A DNA stretch of 64,000 nucleotides from an uncultured Brevinematales bacterium (GCA_964428015.1 CAYRWR010000014.1:8306-72305), one strand, 5' to 3'; positions 1 to 9,854 are shown, counted from the stretch's first letter. Numbers and translations: made by a program. The notes: generated from the letters alone by a model not told the origin.

Positions 1-965
1 ATGGGATGAACTTCTCCCTGGGTCTCTGAGCTGCCGGTACTGCCGGCATCTGCGCCAAAACCGCTGAACAGTACATTTCCCAGAGAGCGGTTCATGGCTT
101 TGGTCATGATAACTGTCAGAACGATTCCACTGGCTCCGACCAGGGCTCCGCTTACTATCAGCACGTTATTTCCTATTACAAAACCGGCTGCCGCAGCGGC
201 CAGTCCGGAGTAGGAATTCAACAGGGAAATCACCACCGGCATATCAGCTCCGCCGATAGGAATGACAAAGGTCACACCAAACACCAGACTGAGGGCCAGG
301 ATGCCGATGAGAATGGCATAACTGTAAGAAGCAAAAGGTGTCACGCTTAAAACGATACCGCCGGCAATGAGTACCACCATAATAAGCAAATTCAGGAATT
401 TCTGACCGCGGAACAATATCGGCTTGCCGCTCATCTTCTGGGCCAGTTTAGCCCAGGCTATCATAGATCCGGTAAAGGTGACACCACCGATCAGTATGGC
501 AAAAAATGTACTTATAATAGTCACCAGGGGCATGCTGGTTGCAGCAGCTTCTACAGCCTTGTGATACTCAGCCCAACCCACCAGAAGCGATGCGATACCG
601 CCGAATCCGTTAAACAGTGCCACCATCTGAGGCATTTCTGTCATCTGGACTTTTCTAGCGGAAATCACTCCGATCAGACTACCCAGTACCACACCGGCCA
701 GGATCCACTTATAGGTAATGATATTCTGGTCCAATAAGGTCACTACTACTGCCAGGAGCATACCCAGGGCAGAAATCAGATTGCCTTTTCGGGCTGAGGC
801 GGGAGAGGACAGCATCTTCAGACCGAAGACAAACAGCACAGCTGCCGCCATATAGGCCAGGTTGATCAGGCTTTCTCTGACGCCAGGGGTATTTTCTACC
901 AGACTGACAGCGTTAGTAATGGTAATAATATTAGATATATTCAGAATGTTGCTGATATTAGTCAT
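1..965 (-). CDS. pntB: NAD(P) transhydrogenase subunit beta (PntB). The 5' part only; the gene runs off the left window edge.
   Basis: Not in the ORF track because it is open at the edge. Manual minus-strand translation from the ATG at 963-965 gives MTNISNILN... It is a polytopic membrane protein containing GGADMPVVISLLNSYSGLAAAAAGF, the conserved PntB motif. It lies directly downstream of pntAA/pntAB. Confidence 0.9.
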   Translation of the reverse strand, partial: MTNISNILNISNIITITNAVSLVENTPGVRESLINLAYMAAAVLFVFGLKMLSSPASARKGNLISALGMLLAVVVTLLDQNIITYKWILAGVVLGSLIGVISARKVQMTEMPQMVALFNGFGGIASLLVGWAEYHKAVEAAATSMPLVTIISTFFAILIGGVTFTGSMIAWAKLAQKMSGKPILFRGQKFLNLLIMVVLIAGGIVLSVTPFASYSYAILIGILALSLVFGVTFVIPIGGADMPVVISLLNSYSGLAAAAAGFVIGNNVLIVSGALVGASGIVLTVIMTKAMNRSLGNVLFSGFGADAGSTGSSETQGEVHP

Positions 966-974
966 GCTGTTCCC

Positions 975-1250
975 TTATTTTCCTTTTTTCTTGAACATAG
1001 CGAGCATACGGTCAGTGACCATATAGCCGCCCACTACATTGATGGTTGCAAAAGCTACGGCAGCCGTACCCAGGATAATTGAGAGTACCTTCATATCTTT
1101 AAATCCTGCGGAAAGCAAAGCCCCCACCAGTGTAATTCCTGAGATGGCATTGGATCCTGACATGAGTGGTGTATGCAGAGTGGAAGGCACTCTGGAAATC
1201 AATTCAATACCTAAAAATATCGCTAAAACTAATATGAATAATACTTCCAT
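975..1250 (-). CDS. pntAB: NAD(P) transhydrogenase subunit alpha part 2 (small membrane subunit)
   Basis: A 91-aa, three-helix membrane protein (HTPLMSGSNAISGITLVGAL) lying between pntAA and pntB. This is the typical split-alpha arrangement. Confidence 0.85.
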   Translation of the reverse strand: MEVLFILVLAIFLGIELISRVPSTLHTPLMSGSNAISGITLVGALLSAGFKDMKVLSIILGTAAVAFATINVVGGYMVTDRMLAMFKKKGK

Positions 1251-2393
1251 TTATTTCCCCTTAGCCAGCAGGGCTTTGATTCTGTCATTTACTATTTCCC
1301 CGTCCCGGGTGATCACACAACCCTGCACGATCTCATCAGCGGGATCAAGATGGAATTGTTTGCTCTCTTTATTCCAATATTCCGTCACCAGGTTATACAG
1401 ATTGGAAGCATACATTTCGCTGGCATTGACAGGGACATGAGAAGCCATATCTTTATACGCCATGAGGGTCACTCCTTTATACTGAGTAACCTGTCCAGGC
1501 TTGATGCCTTCCGTATTTCCACCGGTTTCAGCGGCCAGGTCCACAATAATGGAACCGGGACGCATGGCTTCAATCATATCTTTGGTAATAATGATGGGAG
1601 ACTGCCTGCCGAAAAGCTTAGCGGTAGTGATGACCACATCAGCCTGAGCTATGCGTTTTGCCATGGCTTCCTGCTGTTTTTTCAGCTGAGCCGGTGTCAA
1701 TTCCTTAGCATAGCCATCTTTAGTCTGACCGGTATCCCCCAGGTCTATTTTCAGGAATCTTGCTCCCAGGCTCTGGACCTGTTCTTCTACCACGGGACGG
1801 GTATCAAAAGCCTCTACTTTGGCACCCAGACGCTTGGCTGTGGCTATAGCCTGCAGACCAGCTACACCCGCACCGATGATAAATACCGAAGCTGGGGTGA
1901 TAGTACCAGCTGGGGTCATCATCATGGGGAAAATCCTGTCAGAATGGCGGGCTGCCTCGATCACAGCTGCATAACCTGCCAGACTGGATTGGCTGGACAG
2001 AGCATCCATTTTCTGAGCACGGGTGGTACGCGGGATCATCTCCATGGAAATGGATGTGATTTTTTTAGCCGCCAGTTTTTTTATCAAAGCCTGTTCATTG
2101 TAGGGATCCAGGTGAGAGATATAAACTGAGCCCGGTTTCATTTTATCCAGTTCTTTGGGGTCCGGTTTATGCATCCGCAGTATGATATCAGCCTGTGACA
2201 GCATCTTGTCCCGGTCTGAAATGATCTGAGCGCCGGCTTCTTTAAAATCCTGATCATTCAGATTTACTGTTTCTCCCAGTCCTTTTTCTACCAGTACGGT
2301 TATACCGCTTTTTATGTATTTAGCTATTGCGGCCGGGGTCACAGAAATCCTGGTCTCACCACTCTGTGTCTCCCTGGGAAATGCGATTATCAT
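1251..2393 (-). CDS. pntAA: NAD(P) transhydrogenase subunit alpha part 1 (AlaDH/PNT domain)
   Basis: 380 aa with a Rossmann motif IIGAGVAGLQAIATAKRLGA and an AlaDH/PNT-like N-terminus. Its stop abuts the pntAB start. Confidence 0.9.
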   Translation of the reverse strand: MIIAFPRETQSGETRISVTPAAIAKYIKSGITVLVEKGLGETVNLNDQDFKEAGAQIISDRDKMLSQADIILRMHKPDPKELDKMKPGSVYISHLDPYNEQALIKKLAAKKITSISMEMIPRTTRAQKMDALSSQSSLAGYAAVIEAARHSDRIFPMMMTPAGTITPASVFIIGAGVAGLQAIATAKRLGAKVEAFDTRPVVEEQVQSLGARFLKIDLGDTGQTKDGYAKELTPAQLKKQQEAMAKRIAQADVVITTAKLFGRQSPIIITKDMIEAMRPGSIIVDLAAETGGNTEGIKPGQVTQYKGVTLMAYKDMASHVPVNASEMYASNLYNLVTEYWNKESKQFHLDPADEIVQGCVITRDGEIVNDRIKALLAKGK

Positions 2394-2564
2394 GTTTACC
2401 TCAACATATTAGAATTCCGTAATATTATAAGCATTTCCGGCAGGAAAAGCAAATCACAGGAAGCTCTCAGCCGACATTGCAAAAAATGTATGCCTGTTTC
2501 AGCAATCTTGATTTTTTAACCGTTTTGTATGTAAAATGGATTAATCTTGAATTAAGGATATCCC

Positions 2565-3908
2565 ATGTCACAGTCACATCATATTAGCCTGGATGCTGAT
2601 TTTTTAGATATCATTCGCCTGGGTGAATCCAGGTTTGATTCCCCGCTTAGATTTTATCCCGAAGATGACATGGATTCCGGTTTTGTGGATGATAATGCCC
2701 AGGTTCTACTTTCTGTAGATTATAATGATATGAAGGCTCTGTCTGACTCGGGTAAAGCCTGTCCTGTTGTGGAAAAAGCCGGCCCCCGTAAAAAACTCTA
2801 CTTTGAACCCGGACAGACTACTTCTGCCATCGTGACCTGCGGTGGATTATGCCCCGGGCTGAATTCAGTGATCAGAGCTTTGGTCATGACTTCTTTTTAC
2901 CGTTATCAGAATAAACGTATCCTGGGTATACCTTATGGTTTCGCGGGATTTATCCCTGAACTGGGCCATGAAATTGTAGAGCTCACACCTGACATGGTAG
3001 ACACCATCAACAGCAAAGGCGGAACCATACTGGGTAGTTCCCGGGGTGATCAGGACCGCAGCCGCATTGTAGACCGTCTGGAGGAATTAAAAGTAGATAT
3101 CCTCTATACCATTGGTGGTGACGGTACCCAAAAAGGTGCCTGGGACATCATTCAGGAAATTGATCGGCGTGGGTTGAAGATTGCGGTAGTGGGACTACCT
3201 AAAACCATTGATAATGACATTAATTATATCGATAAATCCTTCGGGATGGAAACAGCCTACTCCATCGCGGTAGAGGCTATCGCATCAGCACATACCGAAG
3301 CCCGCTCCTACCCCAATGGCATCGGACTGGTCAAGCTCATGGGTAGAGAGTCCGGTTTTGTCGCTGCTTATGCCAGCCTGGCTTCTAATGAGGTCAACTT
3401 TTGTCTGGTACCGGAGATGGACTTTGACCTGGATGGGCCCAACGGATTTCTCCATCATCTGGAAGCCCGTCTTCGTCTCAGGGGACATGCTTTAATCGTA
3501 GTAGCTGAAGGTACGGGACAGCAGTTCATGGGCGGGCCGGATGGAAAAGACGCCTCCGGCAATAAAAAGCTGAAAGACATTGGTCTGTTTCTCAAAGAGC
3601 AGATTCAGGACCACATGACCCGGCAGGGACTGGATCATACAGTTAAATACATAGACCCTTCTTATATGATACGCAGTACAGGCCCTATTCCTACAGATTC
3701 CATTTTCTGTACGCAGCTGGCTCAGATGGCCGTACATGCGGGAATGAGCGGGCGTTCCGGCCTGGTAGCAGGATATATCAATGGAGAATTTACCCATTTA
3801 CCCATGAAAGTCGCTACCGGGCAGCGAAAGAAGATAAATCTGTATTCCCAGTTATGGACTTCAGTGATTGAGGCCACCGGGCAGCCGCTCTCCATGAAAA
3901 ATGAATAA
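2565..3908 (+). CDS. pfk: 6-phosphofructokinase, long PfkA-family type (phosphoryl donor probably ATP)
   Basis: 447 aa with PFK motifs TCGGLCPGLN, TIGGDGTQKGA and GLPKTIDNDI. Confidence 0.85.
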   Translation: MSQSHHISLDADFLDIIRLGESRFDSPLRFYPEDDMDSGFVDDNAQVLLSVDYNDMKALSDSGKACPVVEKAGPRKKLYFEPGQTTSAIVTCGGLCPGLNSVIRALVMTSFYRYQNKRILGIPYGFAGFIPELGHEIVELTPDMVDTINSKGGTILGSSRGDQDRSRIVDRLEELKVDILYTIGGDGTQKGAWDIIQEIDRRGLKIAVVGLPKTIDNDINYIDKSFGMETAYSIAVEAIASAHTEARSYPNGIGLVKLMGRESGFVAAYASLASNEVNFCLVPEMDFDLDGPNGFLHHLEARLRLRGHALIVVAEGTGQQFMGGPDGKDASGNKKLKDIGLFLKEQIQDHMTRQGLDHTVKYIDPSYMIRSTGPIPTDSIFCTQLAQMAVHAGMSGRSGLVAGYINGEFTHLPMKVATGQRKKINLYSQLWTSVIEATGQPLSMKNE

Positions 3909-3970
3909 TAGCTCTGGATTTATTATCTGAATTTAACTATAATATATTGGATCAGAACAAGGATAACAAA

Positions 3971-4999
3971 ATGGATAAAATTTTAATTGTTGATGATGAA
4001 GCTGATATAGAACTCCTCATTCGCCAGCATTTCAGAAAAGCCATCCGCGAAAAGCAATTCGACTTTGTCTTCGCCGGAAACGGAGTGGAAGCCCTGGAAG
4101 TACTGGACAAGCACACCGATGTAAACGTCATACTCTCAGATATCAATATGCCTAGAATGGATGGCTTGACCCTTTTGAATCATCTGGCAGAAAAAGAAGA
4201 GATTCGCAGGACTGTAATCATTTCCGCTTATGGAGATATGAAAAATATCCGTACTGCCATGAACCGGGGTGCTTTTGACTTCCTGATTAAACCTATCGAC
4301 CTGGAAGATCTGGAGCTCACTCTGCGCAGGACCATACAGGAAGTATCTGAGTTGAAACGCAGCCAGTCTGAACGGCTGGAATTAATCAGAGAATTGGACA
4401 ATACTCAAAAGGAAATCATTTTTACCCTGGGTGAAGTGATTGAAGTCCGATCCAAAGAGACTGGTAATCATGTACGCAGAGTAGCTGAATATTCCCGCCT
4501 GCTGGCTGAAAAATATGGTCTGGATAAGGAACAGGCGGAGATAATCCGTCAATCTTCACCTCTACATGATATTGGTAAAGTGGCAATCCCGGATTCAATC
4601 CTAAACAAACCGGGAAAACTCACAGACACTGAATTTGAAGAAATGAAGACCCACACCACCATCGGACATCAGATTCTGCAGAAATCAAAACGGAATATTT
4701 TGAAAATGGGTGCCATTATCAGCCTGGAACATCATGAAAAATGGAACGGAAAGGGATATCCCCGCGGATTACAATCCCAGGACATCCATATTTTTGGTAG
4801 AATTACAGCCGTGGCTGATGTTTTTGATGCTCTGGGATCAGAACGTGTGTATAAGAAAGCCTGGCCCCTGGATCAGATCATGGATCTGTTTAAAAAAGAA
4901 AAAGAGTCTCATTTTGACCCTGACCTGGTCAGTATTTTATTTGATAACCTGGATGATTTTATTGCTATTAGAGACAGATATTCTGATCCTGTAGAATGA
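3971..4999 (+). CDS. Response regulator with receiver plus HD-GYP domain (putative c-di-GMP phosphodiesterase)
   Basis: REC N-terminus (KILIVDDE...SDINMPRMDG...KP) followed by HDIGK and HHEKWNGKGYP motifs. The track starts at a TTG at 3947. I prefer the ATG at 3971, which is preceded by AAGGA. Confidence 0.85.
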   Translation: MDKILIVDDEADIELLIRQHFRKAIREKQFDFVFAGNGVEALEVLDKHTDVNVILSDINMPRMDGLTLLNHLAEKEEIRRTVIISAYGDMKNIRTAMNRGAFDFLIKPIDLEDLELTLRRTIQEVSELKRSQSERLELIRELDNTQKEIIFTLGEVIEVRSKETGNHVRRVAEYSRLLAEKYGLDKEQAEIIRQSSPLHDIGKVAIPDSILNKPGKLTDTEFEEMKTHTTIGHQILQKSKRNILKMGAIISLEHHEKWNGKGYPRGLQSQDIHIFGRITAVADVFDALGSERVYKKAWPLDQIMDLFKKEKESHFDPDLVSILFDNLDDFIAIRDRYSDPVE

Positions 5000-5084
5000 T
5001 ACTACTCCAGTAAATAACTCTTGACTTTTACAATTCCCCTCATACAATATAGACAGATAATACCGGCATATAACGGGAAGAAAA

Positions 5085-7004
5085 ATGATTGTTTTATCTC
5101 TGGCTTCCTATACCCTTTTCATACTGTTTATCCTCATTGGTATATACAGCTACCGTAAAGCCCCCGGCAAATATTTGACTCATGTCTTTTTTCTGTCTTG
5201 TGTCTTTCTGGCATGGTGGGCATTATGTTCCAGTTTCATCTATATGCCCTCTTTAAACAATGTTCAATTAAAAACCTGGTTTATACTGAGTATTGCACCC
5301 TACATGGTTATGCCCAGTCTGGTGCTCCATTTTATCCTGATCCTGACCGCTCAAAAAAAACTCCTGGACAAACGCTGGCCCATGCTGCTGTTTTACCTGC
5401 CAGCTCTGGTTTTCATCAGCCTGGGTTTTTTGTACAAACATGCCTTTATAGAGTTTCAGAATGGTACAGAAGGCTGGAAATCACATTTTCACCTGGATAA
5501 TATTCTGTTTATCCTGTATATCATCTATGCGGCAGGTTACCAGATACTTTCTTTGTTGATCCTGTTAAAATGGAGAAAAACCAGCCATTCCCATAAACTG
5601 GCACTGCAATCCAGAGTACTTATTCTCAGTATCATCATATCTCAGATTCTGGCACTTAGTCTGGATATACTCTTGCCGGCTCTGGGTGTGCTGCCTTATT
5701 TGCACCTGGGACACATAATTTGGGGATTGGAAATAGGAGGTATCTGGCTGGCCATCCACCGTTACCATCTCTTACAATCTCCGGCTTTTATAAACGGCGA
5801 TTTTATTGCCAGCAGGATTTCAGAAATGTTGATGGTGCTGGATGAAAAAGGTAAGATAATCCTGTCTAATAATAAACTACATGAAATCCTGGGTTTTGAT
5901 GAAAGTACCCTCTATGGCGAAAAAATTTCCATGGTAATATCAGATAAAACCATTATACCCCGCCTCATGGAAAAACTCATAGGCCCAAATCCCACTCCGG
6001 ATTTTGAATGCAGCTTTTTATCCCGGGATGGTGAGGAAATTCCAGTATTGGTTTCTGCTTCCCGCCATAAAGATACATTCGGCGACCTGGTGGGTTTTAC
6101 TTTTATCGCCAAAGACCTGCGCTTTCAGAAAGAAATGGAATCTGAAATCGATGAAAGAAAGCGCTGGGAAGTGGAAGTACGTTATGCCCACCATGAATTA
6201 AAGCTGAAACACAAAGAACTGGAAGGGGAACAAAATAAACTAAAGATCCGCAATGAGATGATGGAAATCGAACTGGGAATGGCCCGCAAAATTCAAACCG
6301 AACTCATTCCCTCAGAAAGTCCTTTGCCCGGGAAACTGGCTTTCTTTTATAAACCCATGGAAAAAGTCGGCGGGGATTTTTATGATTTTATCGAATTTCC
6401 AAATAAAAAGCAGATAGGCATTTTTCTTTCTGATGTATCCGGGCATGGTGTACCTGCTGCCTTTATCACCTCTATGATTAAAAGCCATAATCTGCAGCAC
6501 GGTAAAAACTTTGAAAAACCGGCTGATTTTTTACATAGTCTGAATGATTTTCTGCTCAATAAAACCGGGGAAAACTTTATCACGGCTTTTTATGGAATTT
6601 TTGATACAGAAACCGGCGATTTCTTTTACTCTAATGCCGGCCATGACTCCCCTTATCTAATCAAAAAATCACAGATTTTACCCCTGCCCACAGAAGGCCG
6701 GGGTATACCTTTAGGAATATTAACCCGGCAGGAACTGGCACACATGAGTAAGCCCTACACCAATCATCATGTCCACCTCGCCAAAAAGAACAAACTATTT
6801 ATGTATACGGATGGGCTGACTGAAACCTCAAATATCTATGATGAAGACCGCACCTTTGAATCTCAGGACTTCATGAGCGCTATGCAGGATTTAAAAGATA
6901 TGAAATCCCAGACTTTTGTACAAAAAATGTTCGAAAAACTCAGTGATTTCAGACAAAGCAAATCCTTTGAGGATGATATCTGTATGATCTGCCTGGAAGC
7001 CTGA
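5085..7004 (+). CDS. Membrane sensor with PAS and SpoIIE/PP2C phosphatase domains
   Basis: About 230 aa of polytopic N-terminus, then a PAS-like segment, a coiled coil, and the SpoIIE signature GGDFYDF...LSDVSGHGVPAAF...YTDGLTE. Confidence 0.85.
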   Translation: MIVLSLASYTLFILFILIGIYSYRKAPGKYLTHVFFLSCVFLAWWALCSSFIYMPSLNNVQLKTWFILSIAPYMVMPSLVLHFILILTAQKKLLDKRWPMLLFYLPALVFISLGFLYKHAFIEFQNGTEGWKSHFHLDNILFILYIIYAAGYQILSLLILLKWRKTSHSHKLALQSRVLILSIIISQILALSLDILLPALGVLPYLHLGHIIWGLEIGGIWLAIHRYHLLQSPAFINGDFIASRISEMLMVLDEKGKIILSNNKLHEILGFDESTLYGEKISMVISDKTIIPRLMEKLIGPNPTPDFECSFLSRDGEEIPVLVSASRHKDTFGDLVGFTFIAKDLRFQKEMESEIDERKRWEVEVRYAHHELKLKHKELEGEQNKLKIRNEMMEIELGMARKIQTELIPSESPLPGKLAFFYKPMEKVGGDFYDFIEFPNKKQIGIFLSDVSGHGVPAAFITSMIKSHNLQHGKNFEKPADFLHSLNDFLLNKTGENFITAFYGIFDTETGDFFYSNAGHDSPYLIKKSQILPLPTEGRGIPLGILTRQELAHMSKPYTNHHVHLAKKNKLFMYTDGLTETSNIYDEDRTFESQDFMSAMQDLKDMKSQTFVQKMFEKLSDFRQSKSFEDDICMICLEA

Positions 7005-8099
7005 TCAATTTCTAAAAGGCAGCCAAAGCTGTTCATCCGTTTGTTCTATAATATCATTTTCGTCGATAAGATTCTGATAACCCAGACCCAGCAGTCTGAC
7101 TTTTCTTTTTCCTGCGTCTGTTAGTTGAAGTAAGGCACAGGCCATTTCCCAGGCAGAATCCGCGTCTCTGGAAGGAATATCCAGGCTTTGACTACGGGTG
7201 ATTCTTTGAAAATTATCATATCTGACTTTTAAGACCAGAGTCTTTCCCAATAGCGATTTCTTTTCCATCCGGGATTCCAAATCAGTGGAAAATTCAGAAA
7301 GGATGGATTCCAGCATTTTTTTATCATCAATATCTTCTTCAAAAGTCTGCTCCAGGCTCAGGCTTTTTCTTTCCCGATGTATATTTACCGGACGCTCATC
7401 TATGCCTCGTACAATATCAAAATAATAAAGCCCCATCTTACCGAATAATCGCGCTAGATCCTCCCTGCTTCGCTGCCGTAAATCATAGCCTGTTTTTATT
7501 CCTTCTTCCAGCATACGGCTGGTAGTGACTTTTCCTATACCGAAAAATCGCGAAATAGGCAGAGCGTCGATGAAATCCTGAGCCTGGTCCGGAGTAATCA
7601 CAGTCATTCCGGCAGGCTTTTTAAAATCTGAGGCCACTTTGGCCAGAAATTTACAGTAACTGACTCCGGCTGAGGCAGTCAGTTGTGTTTCTTTTTTTAT
7701 TCTGGCCTGAATTTCACGGGCTACCCAGGTAGCAGAGGGAATGTTCTTATGATTAAAAGTAACATCCAGATAAGCTTCATCCAGACTCAGGGGTTCAACC
7801 AGGTCTGTATACTCCCTGAAAATAGCCTGTATCTGCTGACTCACTGCTTTGTAGGCATGAAACCGGGGATAGACAAATACCGCTTGTGGACACAATCTAT
7901 AGGCCTGGCTAGCCGGCATGGCAGAATGGATGCCGAATTTTCTGGCCTCATAGGACGCGGTACTAACCACAGAGCGGCTATTAGGAGGACCGCTGACTAC
8001 TACAGGTTTACCGCGTAAAGCAGGATTATCCCGTTGTTCAATCGCCGCATAAAAAGCATCCATGTCAATATGTATTATTTTTCTTTCCTGCGCTTCCAT
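7005..8099 (-). CDS. dinB: DNA polymerase IV (Y-family)
   Basis: MEAQERKIIHIDMDAFYAAIEQRDNPALRGKPVVV is a canonical DinB N-terminus. The track ORF extends to 8489, but the upstream 130 codons have no homology signal and overlap the divergent gene at 8175. Confidence 0.9.
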   Translation of the reverse strand: MEAQERKIIHIDMDAFYAAIEQRDNPALRGKPVVVSGPPNSRSVVSTASYEARKFGIHSAMPASQAYRLCPQAVFVYPRFHAYKAVSQQIQAIFREYTDLVEPLSLDEAYLDVTFNHKNIPSATWVAREIQARIKKETQLTASAGVSYCKFLAKVASDFKKPAGMTVITPDQAQDFIDALPISRFFGIGKVTTSRMLEEGIKTGYDLRQRSREDLARLFGKMGLYYFDIVRGIDERPVNIHRERKSLSLEQTFEEDIDDKKMLESILSEFSTDLESRMEKKSLLGKTLVLKVRYDNFQRITRSQSLDIPSRDADSAWEMACALLQLTDAGKRKVRLLGLGYQNLIDENDIIEQTDEQLWLPFRN

Positions 8100-8174
8100 G
8101 ATATATTTTAGCCTTAACCGGCTTATCTTGCAATATTGAATTACTCCCCTTAAAATCTTTGAAAAGGAGGGGAA

Positions 8175-9515
8175 ATGCCTGGTCTGTCTGATGACTTTTC
8201 TATTGTAATCCTGATCGGATTGGCCCTTATCCTCATTGGTATTTTCGGATGGATTGTCTGGAGAGTGTTTCTCTCTCATAGTATCGAGCACCGCCTGCAA
8301 AAAATGTTGAAAAATAAAGAGTATGACAGGCTTATACAGACTGCCAAACAGAACATTGAAACTACTACCTCTTTTTTTATTCCCTTTTACCTGGGACGTG
8401 CCCTGGAGGAACAGGGTAAATATCTGGAAGCACTGCCCTATTTCCAGCAAAGCAGTAATATGTCCAACCGAGATACCAATATGCATCAATCCATTTTACT
8501 TAAAATGGGGCGTATATTGCTTAAACTGGGCAGGATTGATGAAGCTCTTTCCTATTTTTTACTGCTCAATCAGATAGATGAAAATTATTTTGAAGCACAA
8601 TATGAAATTGCTTCAATTTATTTCAGCCGCAAACAATTTTCCAAAGCCCATGATGCTCTGAAAAATATCCTGGATCTTAAACCAGGAGTCCTGGATGCCC
8701 GTTTTTTATTCGGTAAAGTCCTGTTTGAGACGGCACAGTATTCCTACTCCCTGAAACAATTTGAATTGCTGCAGAAATACTATGAACAGGAGCCGCAGAT
8801 TCATCTCTACAAGGCATATAATCTGGATATCCTGAAAATGTATACTTCAGCCATCGAGGAATTAAATAAATATCTCGAGATGGAAAAATATGATAAACTG
8901 CGACGTGAAAAAGCACAGGTAAGGCTGATCCAGCTTTATATCAAAATCAAAGATATTGAAACCGGTGTCAAAGCTGCCCGTGATATCTTAAATGAAATAA
9001 AAACCGGGCCTCACCTTCCGGAGATCAGATATCTTTATGCCCATCTGCTCTGGGACAGAGGCCAGGAATACGATGCTTTAAAAGAATGGGAAAAGGTCTA
9101 CCAGATAGACCCCCGCTTTAAAGATATAAAAAATATTTATGATAAATATTCCAAACTATTTTCACGTACTGCACTTTCAGCTTACTTTACTGCCAATGAA
9201 ATGGAATTCGAAAGAACCTGTCTTAAAATCCTGGGATTAAATGCCCAGGATCTGTTGTACCGCTCCCTGCACTACTACATGTTTGGTAGAGGAAAGCAGT
9301 ATAGTATTTTTTACCGGCATATCGAACCCATCAGTTTTACAACGCTTACCGCTCTGGAAGTCCTGGCTAATACCTTTGAAGCTGATCTACAGTATTTTGA
9401 AATATATACTCTGGGCGGTGCCGCGGCCGATTCTCTGACACATGCTCTGCTCAAAAGAGCGGTTCTGGTCGAGAAAGAGGATTTTCTGCGCGCAGTAAAC
9501 CGGATATTGACCTGA
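8175..9515 (+). CDS. N-terminally anchored TPR-repeat protein with a divergent C-terminal globular domain
   Basis: The ATG is preceded by AAGGAGG. One N-terminal TM helix, multiple TPR-like 34-mers, and a C-terminal domain of about 110 aa (see findings). Confidence 0.7.
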   Translation: MPGLSDDFSIVILIGLALILIGIFGWIVWRVFLSHSIEHRLQKMLKNKEYDRLIQTAKQNIETTTSFFIPFYLGRALEEQGKYLEALPYFQQSSNMSNRDTNMHQSILLKMGRILLKLGRIDEALSYFLLLNQIDENYFEAQYEIASIYFSRKQFSKAHDALKNILDLKPGVLDARFLFGKVLFETAQYSYSLKQFELLQKYYEQEPQIHLYKAYNLDILKMYTSAIEELNKYLEMEKYDKLRREKAQVRLIQLYIKIKDIETGVKAARDILNEIKTGPHLPEIRYLYAHLLWDRGQEYDALKEWEKVYQIDPRFKDIKNIYDKYSKLFSRTALSAYFTANEMEFERTCLKILGLNAQDLLYRSLHYYMFGRGKQYSIFYRHIEPISFTTLTALEVLANTFEADLQYFEIYTLGGAAADSLTHALLKRAVLVEKEDFLRAVNRILT

Positions 9516-9588
9516 AATCCCAGGACAGTCTATAACTTGACATTTCCCGTCGGTTCTTTATAATTATTAAAACAAAAGGGAGGATTAA

Positions 9589-9837
9589 ATGAAGAATCTT
9601 TTAACTCTGGTATTTGGGGCCCTGCTCATTATGGGTATGTCCAGCTGCGGCGGCGGAAAACAGGCTACTCCTACCACTCCTGCTACCAATGTAGTTGCAC
9701 CTATGACTGCAGCTTCCAACACTAACGCGTCTGTTGTAAGCAATACTCAGGAAGTGAAAGCTGCTGATTTGAACACCAAGTCATCTGTAAAAAAGATGGT
9801 TGAAAAAGACGCCGGTCAGTCTATGGGACTGGAATAA
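9589..9837 (+). CDS. Small lipoprotein
   Basis: Signal peptide ending in the lipobox-like GMSSC, then a low-complexity T/A/N-rich mature part. AGGGAGG lies upstream and a terminator follows. Confidence 0.6.
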   Translation: MKNLLTLVFGALLIMGMSSCGGGKQATPTTPATNVVAPMTAASNTNASVVSNTQEVKAADLNTKSSVKKMVEKDAGQSMGLE

Positions 9838-9854
9838 ATCTCATTGCTTTTCAA

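Noticed and set aside
7005-8489. The 494-aa track ORF, which would give dinB a 130-residue N-terminal extension.
   Set aside because: The extension has no polymerase-like sequence and overlaps the well-supported divergent gene starting at 8175 (strong RBS). The canonical DinB N-terminus begins at the internal ATG at 8097-8099.
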